Origin: a virus
Taxonomy: Duplodnaviria > Caudoviricetes
Length of the DNA stretch: 64,000 nt
IMG/VR virus record: IMGVR_UViG_2630968332_000001
Span: 32,001 to 96,000 of that record
Reading direction: 5' to 3' (one strand)
The position numbers and the translations under genes were made by a program. Below the pieces are notes generated by a model. That model made no database searches, was not told the origin of the DNA, and saw only the letters and a list, made by a program, of their open reading frames with translations. Below are positions 18,009 to 27,250 of the stretch, in pieces. Each line of letters starts with the position of its first letter. Positions within the stretch are counted from its first letter, which is position 1.

Positions 18009-18347
18009 ATGGAATATATGGGCGAAATTCATGCAGATATTGTCAATCAAAGCAATGACTACAATGTTAATTGGTATGTCACACGCAACAATTTTGGCAG
18101 CTTTAATGGCTATGCTGAATTACCAGATGACTGGCATGATGGTGATGAAGATGATTTGCTAGTGCATGGTGGAGTAACATTTCGTGGTAAGTTAAATGGT
18201 GTAGAAGTAATAGGCTTTGACACAACAGATGAGTTAGACTATGACATGAGATGGTCTTTGAATGAGGTAGTGCGTGAAACCAAAGAGAGATTGGCACGTG
18301 GAGTAGATGATAGTATAACATATAGAAGAAGTCAAAAGGCTAGGTAA
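18009..18347 (+). CDS. Conserved phage hypothetical protein
   Basis: NGYAEL, VHGGVTF, IGFDT motifs; SD GAGGTG. Confidence 0.7.
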   Translation: MEYMGEIHADIVNQSNDYNVNWYVTRNNFGSFNGYAELPDDWHDGDEDDLLVHGGVTFRGKLNGVEVIGFDTTDELDYDMRWSLNEVVRETKERLARGVDDSITYRRSQKAR

Positions 18348-18414
18348 GACAAATAAGACCCGCACCGTAATAGTGTAGGTCTTTTATTGTATTGTCAACT
18401 TATTTTATTTATCT

Positions 18415-18442
18415 AGTTTACATAAGATACGTTATCGAAAGT
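18415..18442. other. dif-like site-specific recombination site
   Basis: Reverse complement ACTTTCGATAA-CGTATC-TTATGTAAACT, 11-6-11 layout; right arm equals the Firmicute dif XerD arm; located at transcription convergence. Confidence 0.75.
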
Positions 18443-18635
18443 ATAACAAAGTTGGAAAATACATAAAAGTTTATATCATAACAATCATATAATTAGATGT
18501 CGCATACACGCATTTTAAGGTATATTTGTGATGGTTCGTCTGTTTAATGTTCTGAACTCGTGCTTAGAATGCGTCTGTCAGCACCTAAACATAATAAAAT
18601 AAGGTATTAACCCACTACGAGCCAATACCTTATAC

Positions 18636-19301
18636 TTATTTACTACTTGCTTTTCCTATTCTATCAACGATTTCTTCAACTGGAGTATTTTTGTTGTCAA
18701 CGTCTTTTGTAACAGCAGTTTTTAGTCTACCCAACTTCCAATGAAATCTACATAGTGATGTATATTCTTCATCACCTATTACCACTTGTTCACCATTGGT
18801 TACTTGCTTACCATCTACTAACCTTGCATTCATTGTGGCTTTGCGTTGGCATGTTGGGTTTGCACAAACTGTTTTGATTTCTTCCAGCTTATCTGCATAC
18901 TTTAATAACGCTTCTGACCCCTCGAATAACTCACCACGAAAATCAGTCTTTAAACCATAACAGATAACTGGCATATTATAATAGTCTACTATTCTGCAAA
19001 GGTCATGCACATTACTCTTTGATAAGAACTGTGCCTCATCAACTAAAACACAGCTAAGTTTATCTTTGTCTTGAGCGTTCTTATACACCACATTAACCAA
19101 GTTATCATCTGCATTGATAGCAATAGCGTCTTCTGACAAACCAATACGACTAGCAACCGTTCCAACACCATCACGTGTATCTAAGGCACTTGTCATAATA
19201 ATAACCTCTTTACCCTGTTCTCTATAATTATGAGCTGTTTTGAGTAATTCGATACTCTTACCACTGTTCATAGTGCCATACTTAAAGAATAGTTGAACCA
19301 T
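18636..19301 (-). CDS. tdk: Thymidine kinase
   Basis: YGTMNSGKS, VDEAQF, YGLKTDFRGELFEGS, Zn cysteines, CRFH. Confidence 0.95.
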   Translation of the reverse strand: MVQLFFKYGTMNSGKSIELLKTAHNYREQGKEVIIMTSALDTRDGVGTVASRIGLSEDAIAINADDNLVNVVYKNAQDKDKLSCVLVDEAQFLSKSNVHDLCRIVDYYNMPVICYGLKTDFRGELFEGSEALLKYADKLEEIKTVCANPTCQRKATMNARLVDGKQVTNGEQVVIGDEEYTSLCRFHWKLGRLKTAVTKDVDNKNTPVEEIVDRIGKASSK

Positions 19302-19645
19302 TATTCAGCCACCTCTTTACTTGCAAGGAGCTTGTCAATTTCATCTTTTTCAATACGTACAATACGTGTATCTTTTTCAACCCATTCTTCAAATTCCTTA
19401 CGTTTGAAACCAGAATGAGAACGGAAACGATTATCTCCGTCTACTTCATCAAAACGTGAAGCGTCAAATACAATAACTGTACGTGATGTTTGTTCAAATA
19501 CAGGATATAAGAAGTCTGCTACGAATACTAAACCATCATAGCTCTTAGGTAAGCCTGTATCTTCATCATACTTAATGTTTTCGTAAATGTCTTCTTTTGG
19601 ATAAATGTAATATAAAATCTTGTAATCGTTGTTTTCTTCTGTCAT
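19301..19645 (-). CDS. Hypothetical protein
   Basis: SD AAGGTG; coupled to tdk. Confidence 0.65.
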   Translation of the reverse strand: MTEENNDYKILYYIYPKEDIYENIKYDEDTGLPKSYDGLVFVADFLYPVFEQTSRTVIVFDASRFDEVDGDNRFRSHSGFKRKEFEEWVEKDTRIVRIEKDEIDKLLASKEVAE

Positions 19646-19669
19646 TAATTCACCTTGCTTTATGTTTAA

Positions 19670-19813
19670 TTAGAATCCTAACTTGAATGCTGCATTGAGA
19701 ATATCAACTGTCTTAGCATTTTGTAACTTAACTCGACTACCATTTGCTAATGTAATTGTGTTAATTCCTTTTGATTTCATGAATTTCTTTACTTGTGCTT
19801 TTAATCCTGTCAT
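19670..19813 (-). CDS. Small basic protein (47 aa, MTGLKAQVKKFMKSKGIN...)
   Basis: Read manually; SD GGAGAG. Confidence 0.6.
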   Translation of the reverse strand: MTGLKAQVKKFMKSKGINTITLANGSRVKLQNAKTVDILNAAFKLGF

Positions 19814-19904
19814 ATTATTTTCTCTCCATTCTTTGTATAATAAAAGTCAGCTATTGCTGCTGACATGTTTTTTCTTTTATAATTAATTTAGAGTCGCATT
19901 GTTA

Positions 19905-20213
19905 TTAACTAGGAACTCTATTCCATTCTACCTCGGTATATACACGAACCATTTTACGAACCTTATACGGTTGTTCATATTCGTATGAGTTAGTAGATTG
20001 GTTATATAACCCTGTAATATCAAAAGCATATCCATAATCTTGATTAGCAAAATTAGGAACGACAATGATTTCATAATCATTATCTTCTATGCTAGAGATT
20101 AATGGGCTGTTATCTAACTCACCGTCATAATAAGCATTTACAATGTATTGCTTATCTGAATTGTTTAGCTCTTTTCCCTTATGCAACTTGTTAAATATCT
20201 TCTCTAGGCTCAT
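19905..20213 (-). CDS. Hypothetical protein
   Basis: Coupled ORF. Confidence 0.6.
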   Translation of the reverse strand: MSLEKIFNKLHKGKELNNSDKQYIVNAYYDGELDNSPLISSIEDNDYEIIVVPNFANQDYGYAFDITGLYNQSTNSYEYEQPYKVRKMVRVYTEVEWNRVPS

Positions 20214-20731
20214 TAAAATTCTAAATCCTTTTCTGTTGCCTTTTCTGCTTCCTCTTTATCTACTTCTTTTACTATCTTTTTCCAGAGTAGATTAAAAAAA
20301 TGGTTGCCTAATTCTTCTGCATATTTTTCTGTATCTAATCCGTCAATATCACTACTATTCTTTTCCATGTAGTCTTGAACAATAGCTGTATATAAGCGGT
20401 TATTGATTATTTTAGCTACTTCTTTGTCACCGTTTTCTGTATCGAAATTAAGTAAATCGTCAATAGCTTGGTCTACATCAATATGTTCTTGATATTTCAA
20501 TGGGACTTTTACGTCCTTTTCATCGTCTGTACTATCATCTTCAACCTTTTCATTGTCTACTGCATAGCCAGCAACTTGTTCTAAATTAAACATAGCATGA
20601 CGTTTTTTCATTACAGTTTGTCCATAATAATCAAATTCAAGAATTTCATTGTATTTATCACCACTAACGTTTTCTACGTCCATAAAGTGATATGTAGCAC
20701 CATTTTGTAAAAATACTGTTAATTCAGCCAC
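20213..20731 (-). CDS. Hypothetical acidic protein
   Basis: SD AGAAGGA. Confidence 0.65.
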   Translation of the reverse strand: MAELTVFLQNGATYHFMDVENVSGDKYNEILEFDYYGQTVMKKRHAMFNLEQVAGYAVDNEKVEDDSTDDEKDVKVPLKYQEHIDVDQAIDDLLNFDTENGDKEVAKIINNRLYTAIVQDYMEKNSSDIDGLDTEKYAEELGNHFFNLLWKKIVKEVDKEEAEKATEKDLEF

Positions 20732-21053
20732 TATAATTCCTTCTTTCTATTTAAGTTAATAACCCCATTGAGTACTCGAAACTCATGTCTAACCACCTAG
20801 CAGCAACGATAGGTTATAGAATAGGGTTTGCATTTGCTCCACCTACGATACGAAAAAGTTACGAAGATGTTAGTAGTTTATGAAATTAGACGGGCAAACA
20901 ATCGTAAAATGCACCGCCTTTCCATAAGATTTTAGTTTAATGTGTAGGTGGAGTAATAACAGAATTGTACCTACTGATTAAGTTATTTAGTTTTTATTTG
21001 GTAGTTTCCTACCTATAACCTACCAGCCTTTTACAACTGATAGGTTTACAATT

Positions 21054-21611
21054 CTAGTCTTTTAAATCAGCCTCTTTGACAAACACACCGTCAATCATTT
21101 TACCTTTACGGTCTTTGATTTCGTTGTATGCCATCTCTAATGTTTCTTCCAAAGTAGTGTTGTATTCCTTAGCAATGTCATGCAAGCATTCCATAACACG
21201 TTCTACTGAAAGATGTTCAAGTTGAATAGGTCGGTTTCTGTTGTATGCACTGATAATTCGTGAGCTACTGAAAACTAAGTAATTGAACACTTTGTTTACG
21301 TCAAAGCTCCCCTCTTCCTTATGTTTTTGGGCAAGGTCATCATACTCAGTCCAGAAACTACCTTCTTCTTCAACTTGTTTCTTAAAGTCGATACCACGAA
21401 TTAAACAATAGATAATTAAGGTTACTTGATAATCACCTAAGCTATCTTTTACCCCAGAGTCACCATTGATGTTTTCTTCCAACATAGCTAACCCTAACTC
21501 GCCTTGTTCTTCAATTAACTTACTATATTGAGTACGTGCCTCAACAGTATCTAAACCCCTATCCTTAGCCCATTGCTCTACTTTATTTAATAATTCCAAA
21601 TATTCCATCAA
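21054..21611 (-). CDS. MazG-like NTP pyrophosphohydrolase
   Basis: WAKDRGL, KLIEEQGEL, DSLGD, AYNEIKDRKGKMIDGVFVKE. Confidence 0.85.
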   Translation of the reverse strand: MMEYLELLNKVEQWAKDRGLDTVEARTQYSKLIEEQGELGLAMLEENINGDSGVKDSLGDYQVTLIIYCLIRGIDFKKQVEEEGSFWTEYDDLAQKHKEEGSFDVNKVFNYLVFSSSRIISAYNRNRPIQLEHLSVERVMECLHDIAKEYNTTLEETLEMAYNEIKDRKGKMIDGVFVKEADLKD

Positions 21612-22022
21612 TTAAACCTCCAAAGCGATTTCTTCTGTTTCTTCATCAACCTTAATGATAGGTTTTGTTTTACCTCTTTCATCAACAAAATCTCTAAACT
21701 CATCTACTGAATTAAATTCCAACAGCTTATTATTGTCTAAGATAACCGTTGGTGCGTCAATCATATCATTACGTGTTTTTAGTTCAGCCACATATGTTAC
21801 AGGTACAGAACCCTTAATCTTTACACGCAAAGCAAATGCTCTTACGTTGTCATTTTGTTTGTCTGTAAACATCGCATGAATTGATTTGATTACATCGCCC
21901 CTAACACCATAAGATGAAGGCTTGTAACCATATTCAGCTGCAATGTCTAAGACTTGATTGTACCTGTCTAATAGTTCCTTACGTACTTCTGTACCACAAA
22001 ACTTAGATGATGTCATTGTCAT
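21612..22022 (-). CDS. Hypothetical protein
   Basis: SD GAGGT. Confidence 0.6.
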   Translation of the reverse strand: MTMTSSKFCGTEVRKELLDRYNQVLDIAAEYGYKPSSYGVRGDVIKSIHAMFTDKQNDNVRAFALRVKIKGSVPVTYVAELKTRNDMIDAPTVILDNNKLLEFNSVDEFRDFVDERGKTKPIIKVDEETEEIALEV

Positions 22023-22671
22023 TTACCTCGTTTTCATCTACCCAGATTACGTTTAATTCTTGTGCGAACTCATCTGTCTTAGGTAATTCAATTACTTCTG
22101 AAAATTTTAAGTAATCAGATGTGTTATTGCGAATAAAGTAAGCGTGAGTAGCTTTACGAGTTAAACTATCACATTGAATAGCAACACCATTCATGCCACG
22201 AATAGCCATATTAAAGATTAAGAATGGCAATGCTCGGTCTGATAGTTCTTCTGCTTGATACCAGTAAGCACGAGGGTCATAAGTCATTAATTGGGCTAGT
22301 GGCAATTCACTTGCTACTGGGTTATAAATTCTATCTTTTTGCCATTTAGCAACTAAGATACTACCTGTACCAGCAGCTGGTTCATAGTAAATGTTGTCGT
22401 CCTTATCTTCGCCACTGATTAGTGCATTGAGCAATTTAGCAACGGAATCTGGAGTAAAATCTTGTTTCTTTGATTTTCTTTCAGCTTGTTCCTTTTGGAA
22501 ATACTCTCTGAACCAATCACGACTTACATCTGTTTCCACTTTCAAGAAACGCTTAAACATTTCTTCACGTTTCTTATCATCTAACATGACGTCCATCACC
22601 TTTTGTGGTGCTTTATAAGCGTCATTTACACCCAACAATTCATTAATTTCTTTTACACTAAACTTTTTCAT
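22003..22671 (-). CDS. N6-adenine DNA methylase-like (HsdM N-terminal-like) protein
   Basis: QDFTP, EPAAGTGS SAM motif, FNMAIRG; no NPPY visible. Confidence 0.8.
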   Translation of the reverse strand: MKKFSVKEINELLGVNDAYKAPQKVMDVMLDDKKREEMFKRFLKVETDVSRDWFREYFQKEQAERKSKKQDFTPDSVAKLLNALISGEDKDDNIYYEPAAGTGSILVAKWQKDRIYNPVASELPLAQLMTYDPRAYWYQAEELSDRALPFLIFNMAIRGMNGVAIQCDSLTRKATHAYFIRNNTSDYLKFSEVIELPKTDEFAQELNVIWVDENEVNDNDII

Positions 22672-22890
22672 GGTTTAGCACCTCCAAAGTATTGTTAAAA
22701 ATTCTCGGCACGAATTAACGGTATGTGCCTAAGCCCCACCACGCTCTCAAAAACGTGTGATAGCTCAAATCTGCTAATGTAAGGCGATTGACGTGACTAA
22801 TAAAGTACAATCCATTCATACCTTATTTTATATTGGTAGATTTATCTACCTATGACCTATTAACCTTTTACAATTAATAGACCCAGTGCA

Positions 22891-23403
22891 TTACTGTAAG
22901 GCTAACGCTGAACCATGCCCAAAACGTGCCACAACAGCACTACATAATGCTAAGAACAAATCATCAGCAAATGTATTTACTTTACCATCTTCGTTATCAA
23001 GTTTCTTAGCTAACCCTAGCTTAACCTTGTCACCTAAACCAAAATTGGAACTTGAGATAGTACCGTATAGCTGTGTAATATTGAACGCTAAGGCTTCGTC
23101 AACACCAAACATACCTAAGTCATTTGCAATGATAGTATGCAATACTGGTGTTAATTTGTTTTCTGCTGCTAGGTTATCTAATTCAAACCCAATAGCTAAG
23201 ATATTAAGCACTTCACGTTTCTTTAACACGTTCTTTAATTCACTACCAAATTGTTCTACTGTAACATCTGGATAGTATTCGTGTTGTAATTCGTAGGCTA
23301 CTTTACCTACTTCGATTTCATTAATGCCACGCTTGTCTAACTCTTGCATAACAAAATCATACAATTCTTTATCTGGGTACTTTACACCTTTAGTTGCTAC
23401 CAA
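22891..23403 (-). CDS. pgpA: Phosphatidylglycerophosphatase A (PgpA/YutG family)
   Basis: VLKKREV, FGVDEALA, YGTI..NFG..DK, TFADD. Confidence 0.85.
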   Translation of the reverse strand: MVATKGVKYPDKELYDFVMQELDKRGINEIEVGKVAYELQHEYYPDVTVEQFGSELKNVLKKREVLNILAIGFELDNLAAENKLTPVLHTIIANDLGMFGVDEALAFNITQLYGTISSSNFGLGDKVKLGLAKKLDNEDGKVNTFADDLFLALCSAVVARFGHGSALALQ

Positions 23404-23526
23404 ATAATCACCTCCGTTTATTCTCTAGGCTTTTAATTACATTTATTATAATATCACACAAAAACAAAAAGTCAATACATATTCACAAAAAAATGAACAT
23501 GTTTTGACTTTCTTCTAATTATTTAA

Positions 23527-23616
23527 TTAATCATCATCTTCAAACAACCATTCTTGTTCTTCTTCTTGAATTGAACGTAGGTAGCTTGTATCATCAAAAT
23601 CTACAAAGTTATCTAT
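23527..23616 (-). CDS. Very acidic 29-aa peptide (ATA start)
   Basis: SD AAGGAAG; (M)DNFVDFDDTSYLRSIQEEEQEWLFEDDD. Confidence 0.4.
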   Translation of the reverse strand: MDNFVDFDDTSYLRSIQEEEQEWLFEDDD

Positions 23617-23787
23617 GCAACCATCTTCCTTATTTTGTAATGTTATGGTATACTAAAAACATTAGAGGGAATAAATTACCGCCCTTTAATTCTTAATTTT
23701 TGTTTTTTGTTAAAAATTCTTTTAAAGAACAGAAGGTTTACCCGACTTTCTGTTTTTTTTATTTGCCATAATTTCTTATTTTTTGTA

Positions 23788-24072
23788 TTATAAAACTAAG
23801 TTTTTATTAAGCTCGTTTTGTTGCTCATTATATAATTTGATGAAATCTTCAAGGTTATTCATGTACTTATAAACCTTGTCGTCAGAAACCATATTATCTG
23901 GTATAGCTGTGGAGTCTGATACAAACTCACTATACTTGATTTGTGGTTCTTTCTTTAATCTAATCTTTGTTTCATACAAATCAGCCACATCATTGCTAAC
24001 ATAATGATATACGTATGTATTATTAGCTTGTGGTGAGTATGCTAAAATGTGTGTGTATTTGATATTAATCAT
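23788..24072 (-). CDS. Hypothetical protein
   Basis: ORF in operon. Confidence 0.55.
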   Translation of the reverse strand: MINIKYTHILAYSPQANNTYVYHYVSNDVADLYETKIRLKKEPQIKYSEFVSDSTAIPDNMVSDDKVYKYMNNLEDFIKLYNEQQNELNKNLVL

Positions 24073-24232
24073 TCCTTTCTATTACTCCCAAGTAAAACAT
24101 AAACCCCACCATCACGATAACGGTTTAATGTTATTATATTTGTTATGTTGCGTTTGTATATTTCTTTAAAGAATATCTTGAGATATATTGGAACGTCATT
24201 TTTCTCTTTGGTTTTATTTGGATAATCACCTA

Positions 24233-24730
24233 TTACCATTCAAAAATCACCCACGTTTCATATTCATCTTCTTTACGCTCACCGTCTTCGTATACGAGGT
24301 CTTTTAAATATTCTTTGGAAGATACTCCTATTCCCATAGTTCTACCTAGTTCACTTAGTACTTCTACTAAGTCATCTATATCAACACCACCAAAACCTTT
24401 ATCTTTCAGTATATTTTTCACATCTTCTTCTGAAACGGTATAACGAAAACGACCGTTGTTTGCTTCCTCCCGTAGTTGTTCTTTTGTATTATTAAATACT
24501 ATTTCTGCGTAATGTTTATATTGGTCTTCTCTTATTTCTCTCATTTTCTTTAGTTTTTCCATGTACTCTTCATGTATAGGTGTTGCTATTTCTCTTAGTT
24601 CCTTGCCCAATGTCTTTGGTTGTGGCTTAGGAGCGATAACTGGCGATTTCCCTTCTTCTGGTAGAACACCTTTATTGCCACCATAGCAATTACCACCACA
24701 AACACGCTTTTGTTCTTTCTTAAACCACAT
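24233..24730 (-). CDS. Hypothetical protein
   Basis: Coupled ORF. Confidence 0.65.
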   Translation of the reverse strand: MWFKKEQKRVCGGNCYGGNKGVLPEEGKSPVIAPKPQPKTLGKELREIATPIHEEYMEKLKKMREIREDQYKHYAEIVFNNTKEQLREEANNGRFRYTVSEEDVKNILKDKGFGGVDIDDLVEVLSELGRTMGIGVSSKEYLKDLVYEDGERKEDEYETWVIFEW

Positions 24731-25011
24731 TAATTATCACCCAACTCAAATTCTACATTTTCAACGTGTTTGTAAGCGTCAAAATATAGCTCATTCTTGT
24801 CGCCATTATATGTTACTTCGTAATACATACCGTCTTCTATTGTGGTAGATAATAGTGCTTTGTTGTTTTGCAGCGTTCTGTTCAACCACACCACATACAC
24901 ACTATCGGTAGTAATAGCAACTGATGATTTAGTATTGGTTACATTAATTCCATTGTTATTGTAATCAACTACTTTTTCTTTACATAATTCTACAAATTCT
25001 TTATTATCCAT
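24730..25011 (-). CDS. Conserved phage protein (DUF6275-like)
   Basis: VYVVW..TLQNNKALLST..DGMYYEVTYNGDKNELYFDAYK. Confidence 0.75.
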   Translation of the reverse strand: MDNKEFVELCKEKVVDYNNNGINVTNTKSSVAITTDSVYVVWLNRTLQNNKALLSTTIEDGMYYEVTYNGDKNELYFDAYKHVENVEFELGDN

Positions 25012-25012
25012 A

Positions 25013-25375
25013 TTAATCTCTCCAACCTATTTCTAAATATCTTTCGTTATCCACATAATACACATCAGATAGGTATAAACTCTCATGATTTTCGATAGTT
25101 TCTTTTAGTTTATATTGTACTGACTCATTAAGTGTAGAGCGATTTAATGGGGTAAAAAGTATACTGTGCACCATTCCATAATTTCGTATCGGACTTGTCA
25201 TATTCTCAACAAAATCACTAATGTACTTGTCAGATACGGTTACATATGCTTCGTCATCATTACAATCTACACCCAAACTGATAAGAGTGCGTATACTATC
25301 TTCTATCACGCTCATGATATTATCTACACACCCTTTTACTTTCTTGTCATATTCACGTTCCATACTACTTTTCAC
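25013..25375 (-). CDS. Hypothetical protein
   Basis: Coupled ORF. Confidence 0.6.
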   Translation of the reverse strand: MKSSMEREYDKKVKGCVDNIMSVIEDSIRTLISLGVDCNDDEAYVTVSDKYISDFVENMTSPIRNYGMVHSILFTPLNRSTLNESVQYKLKETIENHESLYLSDVYYVDNERYLEIGWRD

Positions 25376-25745
25376 CCAATATATCTTTCATATCATCTTC
25401 CATTTGGTTAGTAATTTCTTCTAATCTATCTGTCATACTTTCAACAGATTTGCTTGCTGTATCAACACGCAATGCAAGTAATCTGAATACTCTCCATGCC
25501 CAAATGATATTGTCAAGAACATACATAGCTAATTTAATAACTAAGAACATAACAGTATAAGTTACAAATAAACCTAATGTATGCCATGAAATAACCTTGT
25601 CTACAATGAACCATGAATAGTTGTTTAAAATTAAATATGTGTTAATTGCTAAAAATATAACCACACTCAACCAGCTGAAAACTCGTGGGTGCTTTTCTTC
25701 AAACGTATATAATTCACGTTTTCCTTCATCTACAAAATCAAACAT
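25365..25745 (-). CDS. Membrane protein
   Basis: Two TMs; SD GGAGG. Confidence 0.65.
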   Translation of the reverse strand: MFDFVDEGKRELYTFEEKHPRVFSWLSVVIFLAINTYLILNNYSWFIVDKVISWHTLGLFVTYTVMFLVIKLAMYVLDNIIWAWRVFRLLALRVDTASKSVESMTDRLEEITNQMEDDMKDILGEK

Positions 25746-25758
25746 TAATCTGCCTCCA

Positions 25759-26199
25759 TTACTTTCTCTTTTCCCATACTAATTTAGCTTGCTTTACTAA
25801 TTCTTTATCGTCCAACATCTTGTCAGAACGCACATAGTCAAAGCAACTCGAGTAATCGGGATGTATACAATCTTCTAATGCCGACATGAAACTGTCATAT
25901 ACACCGTTGTCCTCTGTGTATGTTGCTTTTTTGAACAGCATATTGAACTTAAATCCCAAGATTAAAATTAAGGCAACCAAAACACAGGAGAGCAAATAGT
26001 ACAAGAAATATAGTGGGATAATAGGAGCTGAAATATACCAGTTGATAGTTGTTTTTGTCATCATCCTGTAAGCATAATCCCCATTTTTACTCCACTTAGT
26101 AGGCTTAGTCGAAACATATAATTTGTTCTTACCTACAAGTCCATACCTCTTTGCTGTTACGTATAGGTATCTCTCATTTCTGTAATTGATACTTCTCAT
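25759..26199 (-). CDS. Membrane protein
   Basis: Central TM; RYLYV motif resembles 27247..27621. Confidence 0.6.
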   Translation of the reverse strand: MRSINYRNERYLYVTAKRYGLVGKNKLYVSTKPTKWSKNGDYAYRMMTKTTINWYISAPIIPLYFLYYLLSCVLVALILILGFKFNMLFKKATYTEDNGVYDSFMSALEDCIHPDYSSCFDYVRSDKMLDDKELVKQAKLVWEKRK

Positions 26200-26708
26200 T
26201 ACTTCACCTTTCTTTCAAAAGTCGTAATTGTGTCATTGTGCCAGCTACCATGAGCCACCAATAGTATTTCCTGTATCTCAAAACCATATTTCTTACCGAT
26301 ACCACCGCTATTCCAAGCACAACTGATGACATAGCCATCTTGCTTTACAATACGTGCAATCTCACGTTTTTGCTTAGTCCAATAGCTATTTTGTGTGGTT
26401 TCCATATTCACACTCATATCTAGTTTTCTATACGACTCGCTGACTTGTCGTTGTGAATATGGTGGGTCATATAATACTAAATCTACTGAATTGTCTTTAA
26501 TTTGTTTGAGAAAATCTAATGCGTCTAAATGATAGTCTGTATCATATTGTGGGTCTAAATCATTTGTGATAGTCGCTAGTTTATTAGCGTTTGCGAAGGG
26601 GTCAACCACAAGCATATCTTCCTTCAAATACCTGTGAATTAACTCATTGATAGGTTTTATGTTGAATGTATTTTTGTTAGGCATAGCCCATTTTCTATTT
26701 ATTTCCAG
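26199..26708 (-). CDS. Adenine-specific DNA methyltransferase (probable CTG start at 26708)
   Basis: VVDPFA, DLVLYDPPYS; SD AAGGGAG 8 nt before CTG. Confidence 0.8.
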   Translation of the reverse strand: MEINRKWAMPNKNTFNIKPINELIHRYLKEDMLVVDPFANANKLATITNDLDPQYDTDYHLDALDFLKQIKDNSVDLVLYDPPYSQRQVSESYRKLDMSVNMETTQNSYWTKQKREIARIVKQDGYVISCAWNSGGIGKKYGFEIQEILLVAHGSWHNDTITTFERKVK

Positions 26709-26721
26709 TTAATCAGCTCCC

Positions 26722-26979
26722 TTATTCATCTTTGAAAGTGTAATACAATTCGAGTAAGACTATACCAAATGCTATTACTCCCAATACTCCTAAAAGCACC
26801 ATACCAATACGGAGTAACAACAATGACATCGCTATGGCATAATCATTTTCTGATGTGGTTAATACCACAGCTGCTACCAACATAAGTAACTGTATTATTG
26901 CACCTGGTATTCCTATGAATACTGCTATGGGGTCTTTATTAACCATCTTTCTTATGGTAGCTTTGACCTTATTCATCAT
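26722..26979 (-). CDS. Membrane protein
   Basis: Two TMs; paralog-like to next ORF. Confidence 0.6.
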   Translation of the reverse strand: MMNKVKATIRKMVNKDPIAVFIGIPGAIIQLLMLVAAVVLTTSENDYAIAMSLLLLRIGMVLLGVLGVIAFGIVLLELYYTFKDE

Positions 26980-27250
26980 TATCTTCGTCTGGGTATCTGC
27001 CTTTATTGTGTATTCTTGAGTAGGTTGTATAGATTAACGATAGTATTACACCAAATGCAAATATAACTACAAAAGCAAAACCAATAAAACCAATGTTTAA
27101 AATCAACTTAGCGAAACCCATATTGATTGCTGTAGCAATAAGCGAAATAATATAAATGGGAACTAATATGAAAACGATAAATACCGCTAAGCACACCGTT
27201 ATACGTTCAAGACTAAATACTTCACGAATGAAACTCTTTATCTTATTCAT
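26969..27250 (-). CDS. Membrane protein
   Basis: Two TMs. Confidence 0.6.
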   Translation of the reverse strand: MNKIKSFIREVFSLERITVCLAVFIVFILVPIYIISLIATAINMGFAKLILNIGFIGFAFVVIFAFGVILSLIYTTYSRIHNKGRYPDEDNDE

